This document shows positions 1 through 10,293 of a stretch of DNA of 64,000 nt, piece by piece (within the stretch, counting starts at the first letter, position 1; each line of letters opens with the position of its first letter). The notes beneath the pieces are model-generated. The model was not told the origin of the DNA and did no database searches. It saw nothing but the letters and a program-made list of their open reading frames with translations. Source of the stretch: Pirellulales bacterium (GTDB lineage Bacteria > Planctomycetota > Planctomycetia > Pirellulales > PALSA-1355); assembly GCA_963733035.1 (NCBI GenBank), contig CAVTBU010000007.1, positions 96,001 to 160,000 of the forward strand, written 5' to 3'. A program made the position numbers and the translations under genes.

Positions 1-1
1 G

Positions 2-1239
2 GCAGTGATCACGTTCGTGCTGGGATTGGTGGCCGAGCCGCCGGCAGAGCAATACATCTACAAGGGAGATGCTCGTCGCCAGGCGATCATCGCCGGCAAC
101 GAGATCATCGAGAAGTACAACTGCACGGGCTGCCACACGCTCGAAATGGAGCGGTGGGACCTGGCTTTCGACCCTGAGACCTTCGGCGAGCCCGCGCCGG
201 TCGACGATTACAATTTCCTCCAGGCACACTTCACGCCGCAGGACATCGAAGCTTCGGAAAAAGTGGATGCGGCGGGCAAGCAGCACGCTACCGTCGTGGG
301 CATGCCGGCCATGAACGACCAGGGGCAGCCGGTTCGCGTCGATGAAGATGGCGCCCCGCTTGATCCGGAAGACACCGAGACGCCGGCTTCCTACGTGTTC
401 ACGCCGTGGGAGAATGTGCTGCTGGGCGGTCAAACCTGGCAGGCGGGCTTGCAAAACATTCTGATTCCCGAGGCGGTCATCAAGAAACGCTACGAGCCGG
501 TGGGCGGTTTCCTTGCCCGGCTGGCTTTCCCGGTAGTGATCGCCAACGAGCGTGTGACGAACCCCAATGCCAAGGCGGACGAAGCCTGGGGCTGGCTGCC
601 GCCGCCGCTCAAGGGCGAGGGTCGCAAGGTGCAGACCGAATGGCTGCACAGCTTCCTGCTCGATCCGCACATGATCCGCCCGGCCGCCGTGTTGCGGATG
701 CCGAAATTCAACATGTCGAGTGACGAAGCGACGAAGTTGGTGAATTATTTCGCGGCAGTCGACGGCGTCGACTATCCCTACGATTTCGACCCGCGGACGC
801 GCGAATCGCACTTGCGCAAGAGGAGATGCAGCACCCCAAACGGCTCAACGATGCGATGAACATCGTCACCGACAACAACTTCTGCATCAAGTGCCACTTG
901 CTGGGCGACTTCGCGCCCAAGGGATATGATTCGGCGAAGGCGCCGCAGTTGGGCAATGTCTACCGGCGGCTGCGTCCGGAATTCACGACGGACTGGATCG
1001 CCAACCCCAAGCGAATCTTGCCGTATACCGGCATGCCGGTGAACATTCCACCCGGCAAGCCGATTAGCGAGCAATTGTACAAGGGCAACAGCGTCCAGCA
1101 GCTCGATGCGGTCGTCGACCTGCTGCTAAACTACGACCGATTCATGGAAAGCAAGACCTCGATCCTACCGTACATCAAGCCGCAAGCTCCGGCCGCCGAA
1201 CAGCAGGCGGCGGGCGCAACCCAAGACGCGGCGCAATAG
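2..1239 (+). CDS. Multiheme cytochrome c, C-terminal part (starts upstream of the window; apparent 1-nt frameshift near 814)
   Basis: Frame is open from base 2. Heme motifs CTGCH (ORF 5..859) and CIKCH (ORF 826..1239), each followed by P...RP...MP distal-Met segments. The two ORFs join as RESHL-AQEEMQHPKRL if one base is added near 814. Confidence 0.85.
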
Positions 1240-1255
1240 AGGAGGGAACACCACG

Positions 1256-2209
1256 ATGACTCACACGACGCGCTTTACTTTCGCGGCGGTTCTGCTGGCA
1301 CTGCTTGTTGGCGTTTATGGTTGCGGTCAGTCGGCCTCACCGCCGCCGGGGGCTCCCGACGAGGCCGAAGCCCCCACCGTCGATCAAGGCCACGAGGAAT
1401 CGGCCGAAGCCGAACATGCTGATCACGAGCACGCCGCTGACGAGTCGGCGCCCCAGGGCGATGCGGCCGCGGAGACCACTGAAGAAACCAAGACCGCCGC
1501 TGCCGATGGTGACTGGGGCACGCTCACCGGCCGCATCATTTACGACGGCAAGGCGCCCGCGCCACAGCCGATCGACACGTCCAAAGATCCCAATTGCAAG
1601 ACCAAGCTGGAGACGGAAAACCTGCTCGTCGGTCCCGACGGTGGTCTGGCCAACGCCGTGATCATGCTCCGCACCAAAAACGTGAAGGTGAATCCGGAGT
1701 ACGACGCGACGGCCAAGGATGAGATCACGCTGGACAATAGGAATTGCCGTTTCGAACCCCACGTCGAAATTGTGCGGCTGTCGCAAACGCTGCTGCTCAA
1801 GAACTCCGACCCCACGGGGCACAACAGCAACCTCTCGCCGTTACTCAACACGGCGATCAACCCTGTGCTGGCCGCCGGTGGCGAGCCGGTTCCTTACCAC
1901 TTCACGACCGAGGAAGCCATTCCGGTCAAGGTGGGCTGCAATATCCATCCCTGGATGGGCGCTTGGATCGTAGCCCGCAAGGATCCCTACGCCGCAGTGA
2001 CCGACAAGGACGGCAATTTCACGATCAAGGATCTGCCGGCGGGCAAGGAATTGGAGTTTCGCCTCTGGCAGGAGTCGGCAGGCTATCTCAAGAACGCCAA
2101 GTTCAAGGCGGGCAAGACGGATACCCGCGGCACTTTCAAAATCAAGATCAAGCCGGGCAAAAACGACCTCGGCGACATCAAAGTTCCCAGCTCGATCTTT
2201 AAGAAGTAA
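1256..2209 (+). CDS. Lipoprotein with a cupredoxin-like (type-1 copper) domain and a carboxypeptidase-regulatory-like domain
   Basis: GGAGG SD at 1241, lipobox VYGC, acidic/His-rich linker, motifs CRFEPHV, NSDPTGHN, CNIHPWM and VTDKDGNFTI. Confidence 0.75.
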   Translation: MTHTTRFTFAAVLLALLVGVYGCGQSASPPPGAPDEAEAPTVDQGHEESAEAEHADHEHAADESAPQGDAAAETTEETKTAAADGDWGTLTGRIIYDGKAPAPQPIDTSKDPNCKTKLETENLLVGPDGGLANAVIMLRTKNVKVNPEYDATAKDEITLDNRNCRFEPHVEIVRLSQTLLLKNSDPTGHNSNLSPLLNTAINPVLAAGGEPVPYHFTTEEAIPVKVGCNIHPWMGAWIVARKDPYAAVTDKDGNFTIKDLPAGKELEFRLWQESAGYLKNAKFKAGKTDTRGTFKIKIKPGKNDLGDIKVPSSIFKK

Positions 2210-2263
2210 GTCGGCCGCGTGCCGTCCCGCGCGGGGCGGCGTTGGCCAGAGGAGATAACTCCG

Positions 2264-3166
2264 ATGCGTAAAGTCCTGCTTTCGACGTGTTTGGCGGCGA
2301 CCGCCTTGGGCACGCTCCTTTCCAGCGGTTGCGGCCGGTCGGTATCGGCCAGTCCGAATCCGCAACCCGCCGTGGCAGCCGAGATTCGCGAAGCCCTGCT
2401 CAGCGGCGCCAGTGCCGCGGCCACGGCCGAAGCCGAGCCGACCGGCACCGGCTGGGGAACGTTGCGTGGCAAGTTTGTTTATGCCGGCGATCCCCCGGCG
2501 CCCGGCACGATCTCGGCGACCAAGGACACGGAGGTGTGCACCTCGGCCGGCCCGCTGATTGACAACTCGCTGGTCGTCGGACCGGACAAGGGGATTGCCA
2601 ACATCGTGGTCTACGCGCGCGTCAAGCGCGTTCACGAGTCGGCGGCTCCGCTGGAGGCCGGCAGCGATGTCGCTCCGCTGGAGTTCGACCAGAAGCACTG
2701 CATGTTCCTTTCGCATGTCGTGGCTTGCCAGGTCAACCGCAAGGTCGACATCAAGAATAGCGATCCGATCGGCCACAATACGAAGATCGATCCGCAGAAG
2801 GGTCAACCGTTTAACCAGAATCTGCCCGAGGGACAGACGGTTGCCTACATACCCACGGGCGAGGAGGCGCTGCCCGCGTCCGTTTCGTGCAGTATTCACC
2901 CTTGGATGCGGGCTTACCTGCTGCCGCGCGAGGACAAGTACTTTGCCGTGACCACGAGCGACGGCTCGTTCGAGATTCCGAACCTGCCAGCTGGCGAGGA
3001 GATCGAGCTGCAAGTCTGGCACGAGCGCGGGACCGGCCCGGGCGGCGCTTTGGTGCTGCCTCGCAAGGACCTCAAATGGACCAGCAAGGGACGTTTCAAA
3101 GTCAAAATCGAGCCCGACGAATCAGTCGATTTGGCATTGGACGTACCGCCGAGCGCGCTGAAGTAA
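2264..3166 (+). CDS. Second cupredoxin-like lipoprotein, paralog of 1256..2209
   Basis: ATG 2264 (MRKVLL) after GGAG, lipobox LSSGC, motifs WGTLRGK, CMFLSHV, NSDPIGHN and CSIHPWM. Confidence 0.75.
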   Translation: MRKVLLSTCLAATALGTLLSSGCGRSVSASPNPQPAVAAEIREALLSGASAAATAEAEPTGTGWGTLRGKFVYAGDPPAPGTISATKDTEVCTSAGPLIDNSLVVGPDKGIANIVVYARVKRVHESAAPLEAGSDVAPLEFDQKHCMFLSHVVACQVNRKVDIKNSDPIGHNTKIDPQKGQPFNQNLPEGQTVAYIPTGEEALPASVSCSIHPWMRAYLLPREDKYFAVTTSDGSFEIPNLPAGEEIELQVWHERGTGPGGALVLPRKDLKWTSKGRFKVKIEPDESVDLALDVPPSALK

Positions 3167-3260
3167 CAGCGCTACACTCAGAACAACGACCATGTGCCGG
3201 TCGCGCGATCGCGAGCGGCAACAAATAAGAAACCGCTTCACAACTACGCCGTTATAGACG

Positions 3261-3280
3261 CCGGCACACGTGCCGGTTTT
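3261..3280 (+). terminator. GC hairpin plus T4, possible terminator or attenuator
   Basis: ccggcac-ac-gtgccgg-tttt, ending 4 nt before ATG 3285. Confidence 0.3.
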
Positions 3281-3284
3281 CGCC

Positions 3285-4538
3285 ATGAATTGGAACCCCG
3301 CAAACTCCGTGCGATTTTGGCCCTGTCTGGCTTTGTTGGCCCTGCTGGCCGGCTGCGGGCGCAACGCGCCGCCGCAATTCAAGCTCGACATGGTGGCCAT
3401 CGCCGAAAAGCAGATTCCGCCAGATCAGACGCAAGAGATCGCCAACATTCTGGCGGCCATGTTTGGCACCCCGGACGACCCCTACGTGCTGCCCGAGACG
3501 GGCCTGGACGCGGCGCTCGTGAAGATGGCCTCCGGACCCACGCGGAGTGATCAGTTCGGCCGCGAGACGGGACTTTATCGTCGGCACTGTGCCCACTGTC
3601 ATGGCACGACCGGCGACGGCCTGGGCCCCACGGCCATGTTGCTAAACCCCTATCCGCGCGACTATCGCCAGGGCAAATTCAAGTTCAAGAGCACCGAGCG
3701 GGCGGCCAAGCCCACGCAGCACGACCTAGAGTACATCGTCAGCGAGGGCGTGCAGGGGACGGCCATGCCGTCGTTTGGTCTATTGCCCGAGATGCAGATC
3801 AAGGCGCTTGTCGAATACGTCAAGTATTTGAGCATGCGGGGCCAAACCGAGATTCGGTTGTCCGACGCGATGCTTGATCTGAGCGAAGGCGAGAAGCTGC
3901 CGCTGACGCGCGAACAGTTGGTCGACGAGATTCTGACGCCGATCGCTGAAAGCTGGAGCACGGCCACCGAGAACATCATTCCCACCGATGGCGACAACGC
4001 GAAGCCGGAAGTGCAGTTGGCCGAATCGATCAAGCACGGCAAGGACCTGTTCTACAGCGCCAAAGCCAACTGCGCGAAGTGTCACGGTTGGAGCGCCTTG
4101 GGAGACGGCCAGACGAACGACTACGACGACTGGAGCAAGGCGATTGTCGAAGCGGAAGGCAACTTGACGGCCGACATTTCCACGCTCGACACGGCTGAGG
4201 ATATGTCGAGCGAGGAACGCGCGGTGCTGGCCCGCCATATCGACCGGCTGTCGTCGGCGCTAAAGACCGATGCCTTGCCGCCACGCCACGCCAAGCCGCG
4301 AAACCTGCGGCAGGGAATCTACCGTGGAGGCCGGGCACCTTACGATATCTACCGCCGCATCTACGCCGGCATCAATGGCACGCCGATGCCGGCCGCCGGG
4401 CCGCCCACGCCAGGGGCACCGGGCACGCTCAGCAACGACGAAATTTGGAATCTCGTGGATTACGTATTGTCGCTCCCCTATGAGCCGATCAGCGAACCGC
4501 CGCGTCAGCAGCGGGCCGTAAGTCGGGCCGCGTTGTAA
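3285..4538 (+). CDS. Diheme cytochrome c lipoprotein
   Basis: Lipobox LLAGC. CAHCH...PYPRDY...GTAMP and CAKCH...PRNL...GTPMP. Confidence 0.88.
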   Translation: MNWNPANSVRFWPCLALLALLAGCGRNAPPQFKLDMVAIAEKQIPPDQTQEIANILAAMFGTPDDPYVLPETGLDAALVKMASGPTRSDQFGRETGLYRRHCAHCHGTTGDGLGPTAMLLNPYPRDYRQGKFKFKSTERAAKPTQHDLEYIVSEGVQGTAMPSFGLLPEMQIKALVEYVKYLSMRGQTEIRLSDAMLDLSEGEKLPLTREQLVDEILTPIAESWSTATENIIPTDGDNAKPEVQLAESIKHGKDLFYSAKANCAKCHGWSALGDGQTNDYDDWSKAIVEAEGNLTADISTLDTAEDMSSEERAVLARHIDRLSSALKTDALPPRHAKPRNLRQGIYRGGRAPYDIYRRIYAGINGTPMPAAGPPTPGAPGTLSNDEIWNLVDYVLSLPYEPISEPPRQQRAVSRAAL

Positions 4539-4620
4539 CACCAAAAGGTACTGTCCGAGTCAATTCCGCCGCATTGCCAAAAGCATCATGCGGCAGAGCC
4601 GTCAGGCTGGAGAACGAGCC

Positions 4621-5436
4621 GTGGGAAAGTTTTGGGCTTTTGTGTTTCTGCTGGTACCCGTATTGGGCGTGGCCAGCTTTGTCTTCGCGCCCGTGTACAA
4701 GCACTGGTTGCCGGAGGACATTTCGCAGCACGGCCACACGATCGACCACTTGTTCTATTTCATTCTCTGGCTCACCGGCGTGGTCTTCGTGGTCACGGAG
4801 TTGGCTCTGTTCTGGTTCCTCTGGCGCTACGACGGCACGAAGGACCACAAGGTCGCCTACACCCATGGCAGCCACAGTCTGGAAATCATCTGGACGATCA
4901 TTCCGGCGGCCACGCTGCTGTTCATTGCGATTTATCAGATGAACGCCTGGGCCGAAGCTAAGATTCGCAACCCGGCCGCCGGACCCGATGGCATCTTGGG
5001 CACGGCCGACGACATGCCGCCCACGCTGGAGGTGACCGGCCGGCAATTCGAATGGCGGTTGCGATACCCGGGCAGTAATGGCGTGCTGGGCGATCAGGAC
5101 GATATTTTCGTCGTAAACGACCTGCATTTGCCGGTCAACGAGGAGATTCTGATCGAGCTGAAAAGCGCCGACGTGCTGCACAGCTTTTTCCTGCCCAACA
5201 TGCGGGTCAAGCAAGACGCGGTGCCCGGCATGAAGATTCCGGTTTGGTTCCGGGCCACCGAAAAGGGGACGTACGACATCGTCTGTGCGGAGCTTTGCGG
5301 TTGGGGACATTATAAAATGAAAGGCCGGCTCACCATCGAATCGCGTGAAGATTTCGAGGAGTGGCTGGACAAAAAATATCGCGAGCAGACGGCAACCGTC
5401 GACTCGCAGGCGTTGGCACAGGGGGAGAGTGAATGA
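4621..5436 (+). CDS. coxB: Cytochrome c oxidase subunit II
   Basis: LEIIWTIIP, DVLHSFF, DAVPG and the CuA motif CAELCGWGHYKM. GTG start at 4621 is inferred. Confidence 0.95.
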   Translation: MGKFWAFVFLLVPVLGVASFVFAPVYKHWLPEDISQHGHTIDHLFYFILWLTGVVFVVTELALFWFLWRYDGTKDHKVAYTHGSHSLEIIWTIIPAATLLFIAIYQMNAWAEAKIRNPAAGPDGILGTADDMPPTLEVTGRQFEWRLRYPGSNGVLGDQDDIFVVNDLHLPVNEEILIELKSADVLHSFFLPNMRVKQDAVPGMKIPVWFRATEKGTYDIVCAELCGWGHYKMKGRLTIESREDFEEWLDKKYREQTATVDSQALAQGESE

Positions 5437-7220
5437 GCTCGATCACCGCAGGTTCTCACGCACACGACGACCATGCCGCTCACGCGCATGCGGGCGGATT
5501 CCTTGGCACCTATGTGTTTTCCAGGGATCACAAGATCATTGGACTTCAGTTTTTGTTTTCCACGCTGATCTGGTTTCTGATCGGCGGGCTGCTGGCCCTT
5601 GGCATTCGCTGGCAAGTGGCCTGGCCCTGGGCCGAAATGCCGGTCATCGGCAAGATGCTATTTGCCAACGAAGGCGGCCAGATCTCGCCGGAGTTCTACA
5701 CGATTTTGTTCACCATGCATGCCACGGTGATGATCTTTTTCGTGATCATCCCGATTTTGGCCGGCGCGTTCGGCAACTACCTGATCCCGCTGATGATCGG
5801 TGCCGACGACATGGCGTTCCCAACGCTGAACATGCTCAGCTACTGGTTCATGTGGCCGGCGTTCGTGGCCATTGGAGGCAGCTTTTTCGTCGAAGGAGGT
5901 GCCGCCAAATCGGGCTGGACCTCCTATCCTCCGCTTTCACTGACGGACTGGAACGGCCAAACGCTCTGGCTGATGGGCCTCACGTTCGTCGGCGTCTCTT
6001 CGATGATGGGGTCGGTCAACTACATGACCACCATCATTCAGATGCGGGCGCCCGGCATGACGATGTTCCGTCTGCCGATGACGATTTGGGCCATGTTCAT
6101 CACGGCCATCTTGCAAGCGTTTGCACTGCCGGTCCTCACGGCGGCCGGTTTCATGCAACTTATGGACCGCCTGCTCGGCACCGGCTTCTTCATTCCCGAA
6201 GGCTGGTCAGCCGGCAATTCCGCCCTGGCCTCGGGCGGCGGTCAGCCGCTGCTCTGGCAGCACCTGTTCTGGTTTTATTCCCACCCGGCCGTGTACATCA
6301 TGATTCTGCCCGCCATGGGAATGGTCTCCGACATCATCGCCTGCTTCTCACGCAAGCCGCTGTTCGGATACAAGCCGATGGTCTATTCGATTGCGGGGAT
6401 CGCCGGGTTGGGCTTTATCGTCTGGGGTCACCACATGTTTGTCTCGGGCATGAACCCCGCGCTGGGCATGACGTTCATGATTTCGACGATGATGATTGCC
6501 TTGCCTAGTGCCATTAAGACCTTCAATTGGCTGGGCACGGTTTGGGGAGGCAACGTTCGCTTCACCACGCCGATGCTTTTCGCCCTGTCGTTCGTCGCGA
6601 TGTTCATCATCGGTGGATTGTCTGGCATCTTCATGGCCGCCACGCCGGTCGACATCTTCATTCACGACACCTATTTCATTGTGGCCCACTTCCATTACGT
6701 GCTGTTTGCCGGCACGGCGATGGGCGTGTTCGGCGCGATCTACTTCTGGTATCCGAAAATGTTCGGCCGCATGATGAACGAAACGGCCGGGAAGATTCAC
6801 TTCTTCCTGACGTTCCTGTTCCTCAACGGCACGTTCTTCACGATGCACATCCTGGGCGTTGTCGGTTTCCCGCGCCGCCTGGCCGATCCGTATCACTATC
6901 AGACGTTCCATCACTTGCAGCCGCTCAACGAATTCATGACGTGGTGTGCGATTGGCATGGTCGGCGTGCAGGTGATCTTCGCGGCCAATTTCCTGCTGAG
7001 CATGTTTCTGGGGCCCAAGGCTGGCCGCAATCCGTGGCACTCCAACGGCCTGGAATGGCAGGCGCCTAGCCCGCCAGGGCACGGCAACTTCGACTTCCAG
7101 CCGGTGATCTACCGGGGACCCTACGAATACAACTCGCCCGAGGCAGGCAAGGACTACTACCCGCAGAACGAGCCGCCCCCGGGAGCTCACCCCGAGCCGC
7201 CCTCGCCGCCGATCTACTAA
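5433..7220 (+). CDS. coxA: Cytochrome c oxidase subunit I, A2 type
   Basis: DHK (D-channel), TMHAT, FWFYSHPAVY (YS motif of type A2), WGHHMF, PSAIK, VAHFHYV and PRR. ATGA overlap with coxB. Confidence 0.97.
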   Translation: MSSITAGSHAHDDHAAHAHAGGFLGTYVFSRDHKIIGLQFLFSTLIWFLIGGLLALGIRWQVAWPWAEMPVIGKMLFANEGGQISPEFYTILFTMHATVMIFFVIIPILAGAFGNYLIPLMIGADDMAFPTLNMLSYWFMWPAFVAIGGSFFVEGGAAKSGWTSYPPLSLTDWNGQTLWLMGLTFVGVSSMMGSVNYMTTIIQMRAPGMTMFRLPMTIWAMFITAILQAFALPVLTAAGFMQLMDRLLGTGFFIPEGWSAGNSALASGGGQPLLWQHLFWFYSHPAVYIMILPAMGMVSDIIACFSRKPLFGYKPMVYSIAGIAGLGFIVWGHHMFVSGMNPALGMTFMISTMMIALPSAIKTFNWLGTVWGGNVRFTTPMLFALSFVAMFIIGGLSGIFMAATPVDIFIHDTYFIVAHFHYVLFAGTAMGVFGAIYFWYPKMFGRMMNETAGKIHFFLTFLFLNGTFFTMHILGVVGFPRRLADPYHYQTFHHLQPLNEFMTWCAIGMVGVQVIFAANFLLSMFLGPKAGRNPWHSNGLEWQAPSPPGHGNFDFQPVIYRGPYEYNSPEAGKDYYPQNEPPPGAHPEPPSPPIY

Positions 7221-7265
7221 TCCGAGTCGAATCGCCCGACGAACCTCCTTGATCGCTGAGCAATC

Positions 7266-8306
7266 GTGAACCAAACGCCACGCCAAGTTGAAAGCCCCTG
7301 GCCCCATCGCTGGGCCGTGGCCTTGGTCTGCGCCACGTTCCCGATGATCTGGATCGGCGGGCTGGTGACCACCGCGGGCGCCGGCATGGCCGTGCCCGAC
7401 TGGCCCAACACCTACGGTTACAACCCGTTCCTTTATCCCTTGGATACCTGGCTGTACGGACCTTGGAAGTTGTTCATCGAGCACGGCCATCGGTTGTTTG
7501 GCACGTTGGTGGGCATGATCACGATTGGCTTTTTGATTTCCACCTGGTGGTGCCAACGACGCACGTTGGTTCGCTGGCTGGGCGCCGCGGCGCTGGCGGG
7601 CGTGCTGCTGCAAGGCGTGCTTGGCGGACTGCGCGTGTTGGCCAACGAAGTGTTGATTGCCCAGATTCACGGTTGCGTCGGTCCGGCGTTTTTTGCATTC
7701 ACCGTGGCTTTGGCCGTGGTGACTTCGAAGCGCTGGCGCGAGGCCGAGCCGGTGGCCAACCCAGTGGTCGCAAAGATCGAACGCCTTGCATTGATCATCA
7801 CCTTCCTCGCATTTTTGCAGATCGTTCTCGGCTCGCAGCTGCGGCACCTGCCAGCCGGCGCACGGCCCGGAGAATTCCGCCTGGCCCTGTTCTTTCATCT
7901 GTTTGTGGCCGGAGCGCTGTGGGGGCACATCGTGATGCTCGCGGTGCGCGTTTGGCGTTCGATGCGAGATGAGCCCTGGCTGCTGCGGCCCGCGATTGGC
8001 CTGTCGGTGCTGATCGTGCTGCAAGTTTGCCTGGGGCTGGGAACCTGGGTTACCAAATACGGCTTTCCCGGCTGGCTGTCGGGATTCGACTTCGCCGCAG
8101 GGTTTCGGCCCACGGCCGACGCGCCCTGGCAAATGGCCTCGGCAACGGCGCACGTGGCCATCGGCTCGATGATTTTGGGAAACAGCCTGCTATTGGCGCT
8201 CCGTTCGGCGCGTCTGGTGGTCCGTCAGGCAGGCGTAATGAACACACAAACGCATCGTGTGCAAAACGAAAACGGCCATACCTTGCTGATGGAGGCCGCC
8301 CGATGA
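7266..8306 (+). CDS. ctaA: Heme A synthase (COX15/CtaA family)
   Basis: GGLVTT..AGMAVPDWP, EHGHRL, QGVLGGLRV, conserved histidines, about 8 TM helices. Confidence 0.88.
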   Translation: MNQTPRQVESPWPHRWAVALVCATFPMIWIGGLVTTAGAGMAVPDWPNTYGYNPFLYPLDTWLYGPWKLFIEHGHRLFGTLVGMITIGFLISTWWCQRRTLVRWLGAAALAGVLLQGVLGGLRVLANEVLIAQIHGCVGPAFFAFTVALAVVTSKRWREAEPVANPVVAKIERLALIITFLAFLQIVLGSQLRHLPAGARPGEFRLALFFHLFVAGALWGHIVMLAVRVWRSMRDEPWLLRPAIGLSVLIVLQVCLGLGTWVTKYGFPGWLSGFDFAAGFRPTADAPWQMASATAHVAIGSMILGNSLLLALRSARLVVRQAGVMNTQTHRVQNENGHTLLMEAAR

Positions 8307-9202
8307 GTATGCCTTCGTTGGCCATCGACCGCCGCACGAACCTGCTCGCGCGCGTGGCCGATTATGTTGAGCTTACGAAACCCAAGATCGCCGCGCTTGT
8401 GCTGGTGACCGTGGCCGTGGCGGCGTTTGTTGCCAGCTGGGGTCCGCCAAGCGGCTGGCTGCTCTGGCACACGCTGTTGGGCACCGCGCTGGTCGCCGCC
8501 AGTGCGAGCGCGCTGAACCAATGGCTCGAGCGCGACACCGATGCGTTGATGATTCGCACGGCCGATCGCCCGTTGCCAGCCGGTCGGCTATCGAACGGTC
8601 AGGTGCTGGCATTTGGCTTCGCGACGATCGTGCTGGGCACGGCCTACCTGGCCACCAGCGTCAGCCTGCTCACTGCGGCCTTGGGGCTGCTAACCTGGGC
8701 GATGTATGTGGTTGTTTACACACCGCTCAAACGCCGCACGGCCGCCAACACCGCCGTGGGGGCCGTCGCCGGCGCGCTGCCGGTCTTGATGGGCTGGACC
8801 GCCGTCGGTGCGCCGCTCGATTTGCGGGCCTGGTCGCTGTTCCTGATCGTCTTCTTGTGGCAGTTTCCGCATTTCATGGCCATCGCCTGGATCTATCGCC
8901 GCGATTACGACGGCGCCGGCCTGAAAATGCTTAGCACGGTCGATCCGAGCGGCGTGCGCGCGGGCACGCAGGCCATTTTGGCGGCAATGGTTTTAGTGCC
9001 GGTCAGCATCGTGCCGTGTTTGTCTCAGCCGGCCGGAAGCATCTTTCTGGTGTGGGCCCTGGTGTTGGGCGTGGGACAGTTGCTGTGCGCGTTTTCTTTC
9101 TTCCTGCAAAAAACCGATTCGGCGGCGCGGCGCTTGTTACTGGCGTCGCTCTTGTACTTGCCCGCCATGATGGGGCTGTTGGCCCTGGGGCCATTGGCCT
9201 GA
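8303..9202 (+). CDS. ctaB: Protoheme IX farnesyltransferase
   Basis: [33 protein letters not shown] and WQFPHF. ATGA overlap with ctaA. Confidence 0.95.
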   Translation: MSMPSLAIDRRTNLLARVADYVELTKPKIAALVLVTVAVAAFVASWGPPSGWLLWHTLLGTALVAASASALNQWLERDTDALMIRTADRPLPAGRLSNGQVLAFGFATIVLGTAYLATSVSLLTAALGLLTWAMYVVVYTPLKRRTAANTAVGAVAGALPVLMGWTAVGAPLDLRAWSLFLIVFLWQFPHFMAIAWIYRRDYDGAGLKMLSTVDPSGVRAGTQAILAAMVLVPVSIVPCLSQPAGSIFLVWALVLGVGQLLCAFSFFLQKTDSAARRLLLASLLYLPAMMGLLALGPLA

Positions 9203-9251
9203 TGAAACATTTGCGAATGATCGTGTCTTAGAAAGGTTGGATGAGCAAACG

Positions 9252-10241
9252 ATGGCCACGACCCATGCACCCGCCGAACACGCTGATCACGGCCACGTCG
9301 GATTGGAATACCATCCGGGCTTGCCGATTTCCAACGGCAAGTTGATCGTATGGCTGTTCTTGTCGACGGAAATCATGTTCTTCGCCGCGCTGATTGGCAC
9401 TTATATCGTGCTGCGGTTCGGTGCAGCGACTTGGCCCTTACCGCACGAAGTTCACCTCAGCGAACCGATCGGGGCGTTCAACACGTTCGTGCTGATCTGT
9501 TCTAGCGTCTCGATTGTGCTGGCTCTCGAAGCAGCAAAGGTCAATAAAGCGGCCGCGGCCAAGGGCTGGCTGCTGGTGACGCTCGCCTTGGGGAGCGTGT
9601 TTTTGGGGGTCAAACTGTACGAATACAACGCCAAGTTTTCGCACGGCATCTATCCCTGGAAGCCGCACAGCCAGATCTGGGAAAAGGCCGACTTGAACTA
9701 TGCCGCGGCCGTACGCGGGCGGCTCGACGCGCTCAATGCCGGGTTCGAGACAGAGAATTCCGCACTGACCGAAAAGTATGCCGACAACCCTGAATCGCTC
9801 GAGAAAGATCCCGCCGCCGTCGCATTGCGAGAAAAGCAGGCGCTGGTTGCCAAGCTGATCGAAGAGGAGAAAGCGGCCGAGATCGCCGCGGCTCAGGCAA
9901 CGAATGTCGCCGTGGCTCACGCCGCATTGGACGAACTGGCCGAAAAGATCATGCCTCTGGGGCACGCTCCCGGCGAGGAGCCGCACCATGGGCTTAACGA
10001 CCAGCACGCCTGGCTCCGCCTGCCGATCGTGATTCCGGGCGGCAACATGTGGGCGAGCACCTACTTTCTGCTCACCGGTTTTCATGCCATCCACGTGCTA
10101 GTGGGGCTGATCGTGTTCGCCATCATGATCCCGATGACCCTGGGCGTGATGGCGACCGGCTTCGTCGAGAACATCGGCCTGTATTGGCACTTTGTCGATT
10201 TGGTGTGGATCTTCCTGTTCCCGCTGCTGTATCTGTTCTAG
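9252..10241 (+). CDS. coxC: Cytochrome c oxidase subunit III (short form with a large soluble insertion)
   Basis: [28 protein letters not shown] and YWHFVDLVW. Confidence 0.92.
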   Translation: MATTHAPAEHADHGHVGLEYHPGLPISNGKLIVWLFLSTEIMFFAALIGTYIVLRFGAATWPLPHEVHLSEPIGAFNTFVLICSSVSIVLALEAAKVNKAAAAKGWLLVTLALGSVFLGVKLYEYNAKFSHGIYPWKPHSQIWEKADLNYAAAVRGRLDALNAGFETENSALTEKYADNPESLEKDPAAVALREKQALVAKLIEEEKAAEIAAAQATNVAVAHAALDELAEKIMPLGHAPGEEPHHGLNDQHAWLRLPIVIPGGNMWASTYFLLTGFHAIHVLVGLIVFAIMIPMTLGVMATGFVENIGLYWHFVDLVWIFLFPLLYLF

Positions 10242-10293
10242 TCCTTTACCCGATTCCTTTGCATTCAAGCCGCTCGAGCGGAGTAACTCAGCC

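Noticed and set aside
6348..8153. Long antisense ORFs (601 aa here; also 35452..36789, 20806..22086, 42035..43327, 46523..47731, 51122..52315)
   Set aside because: Shadow frames opposite well-supported genes, expected in high-GC DNA; no recognisable motifs.
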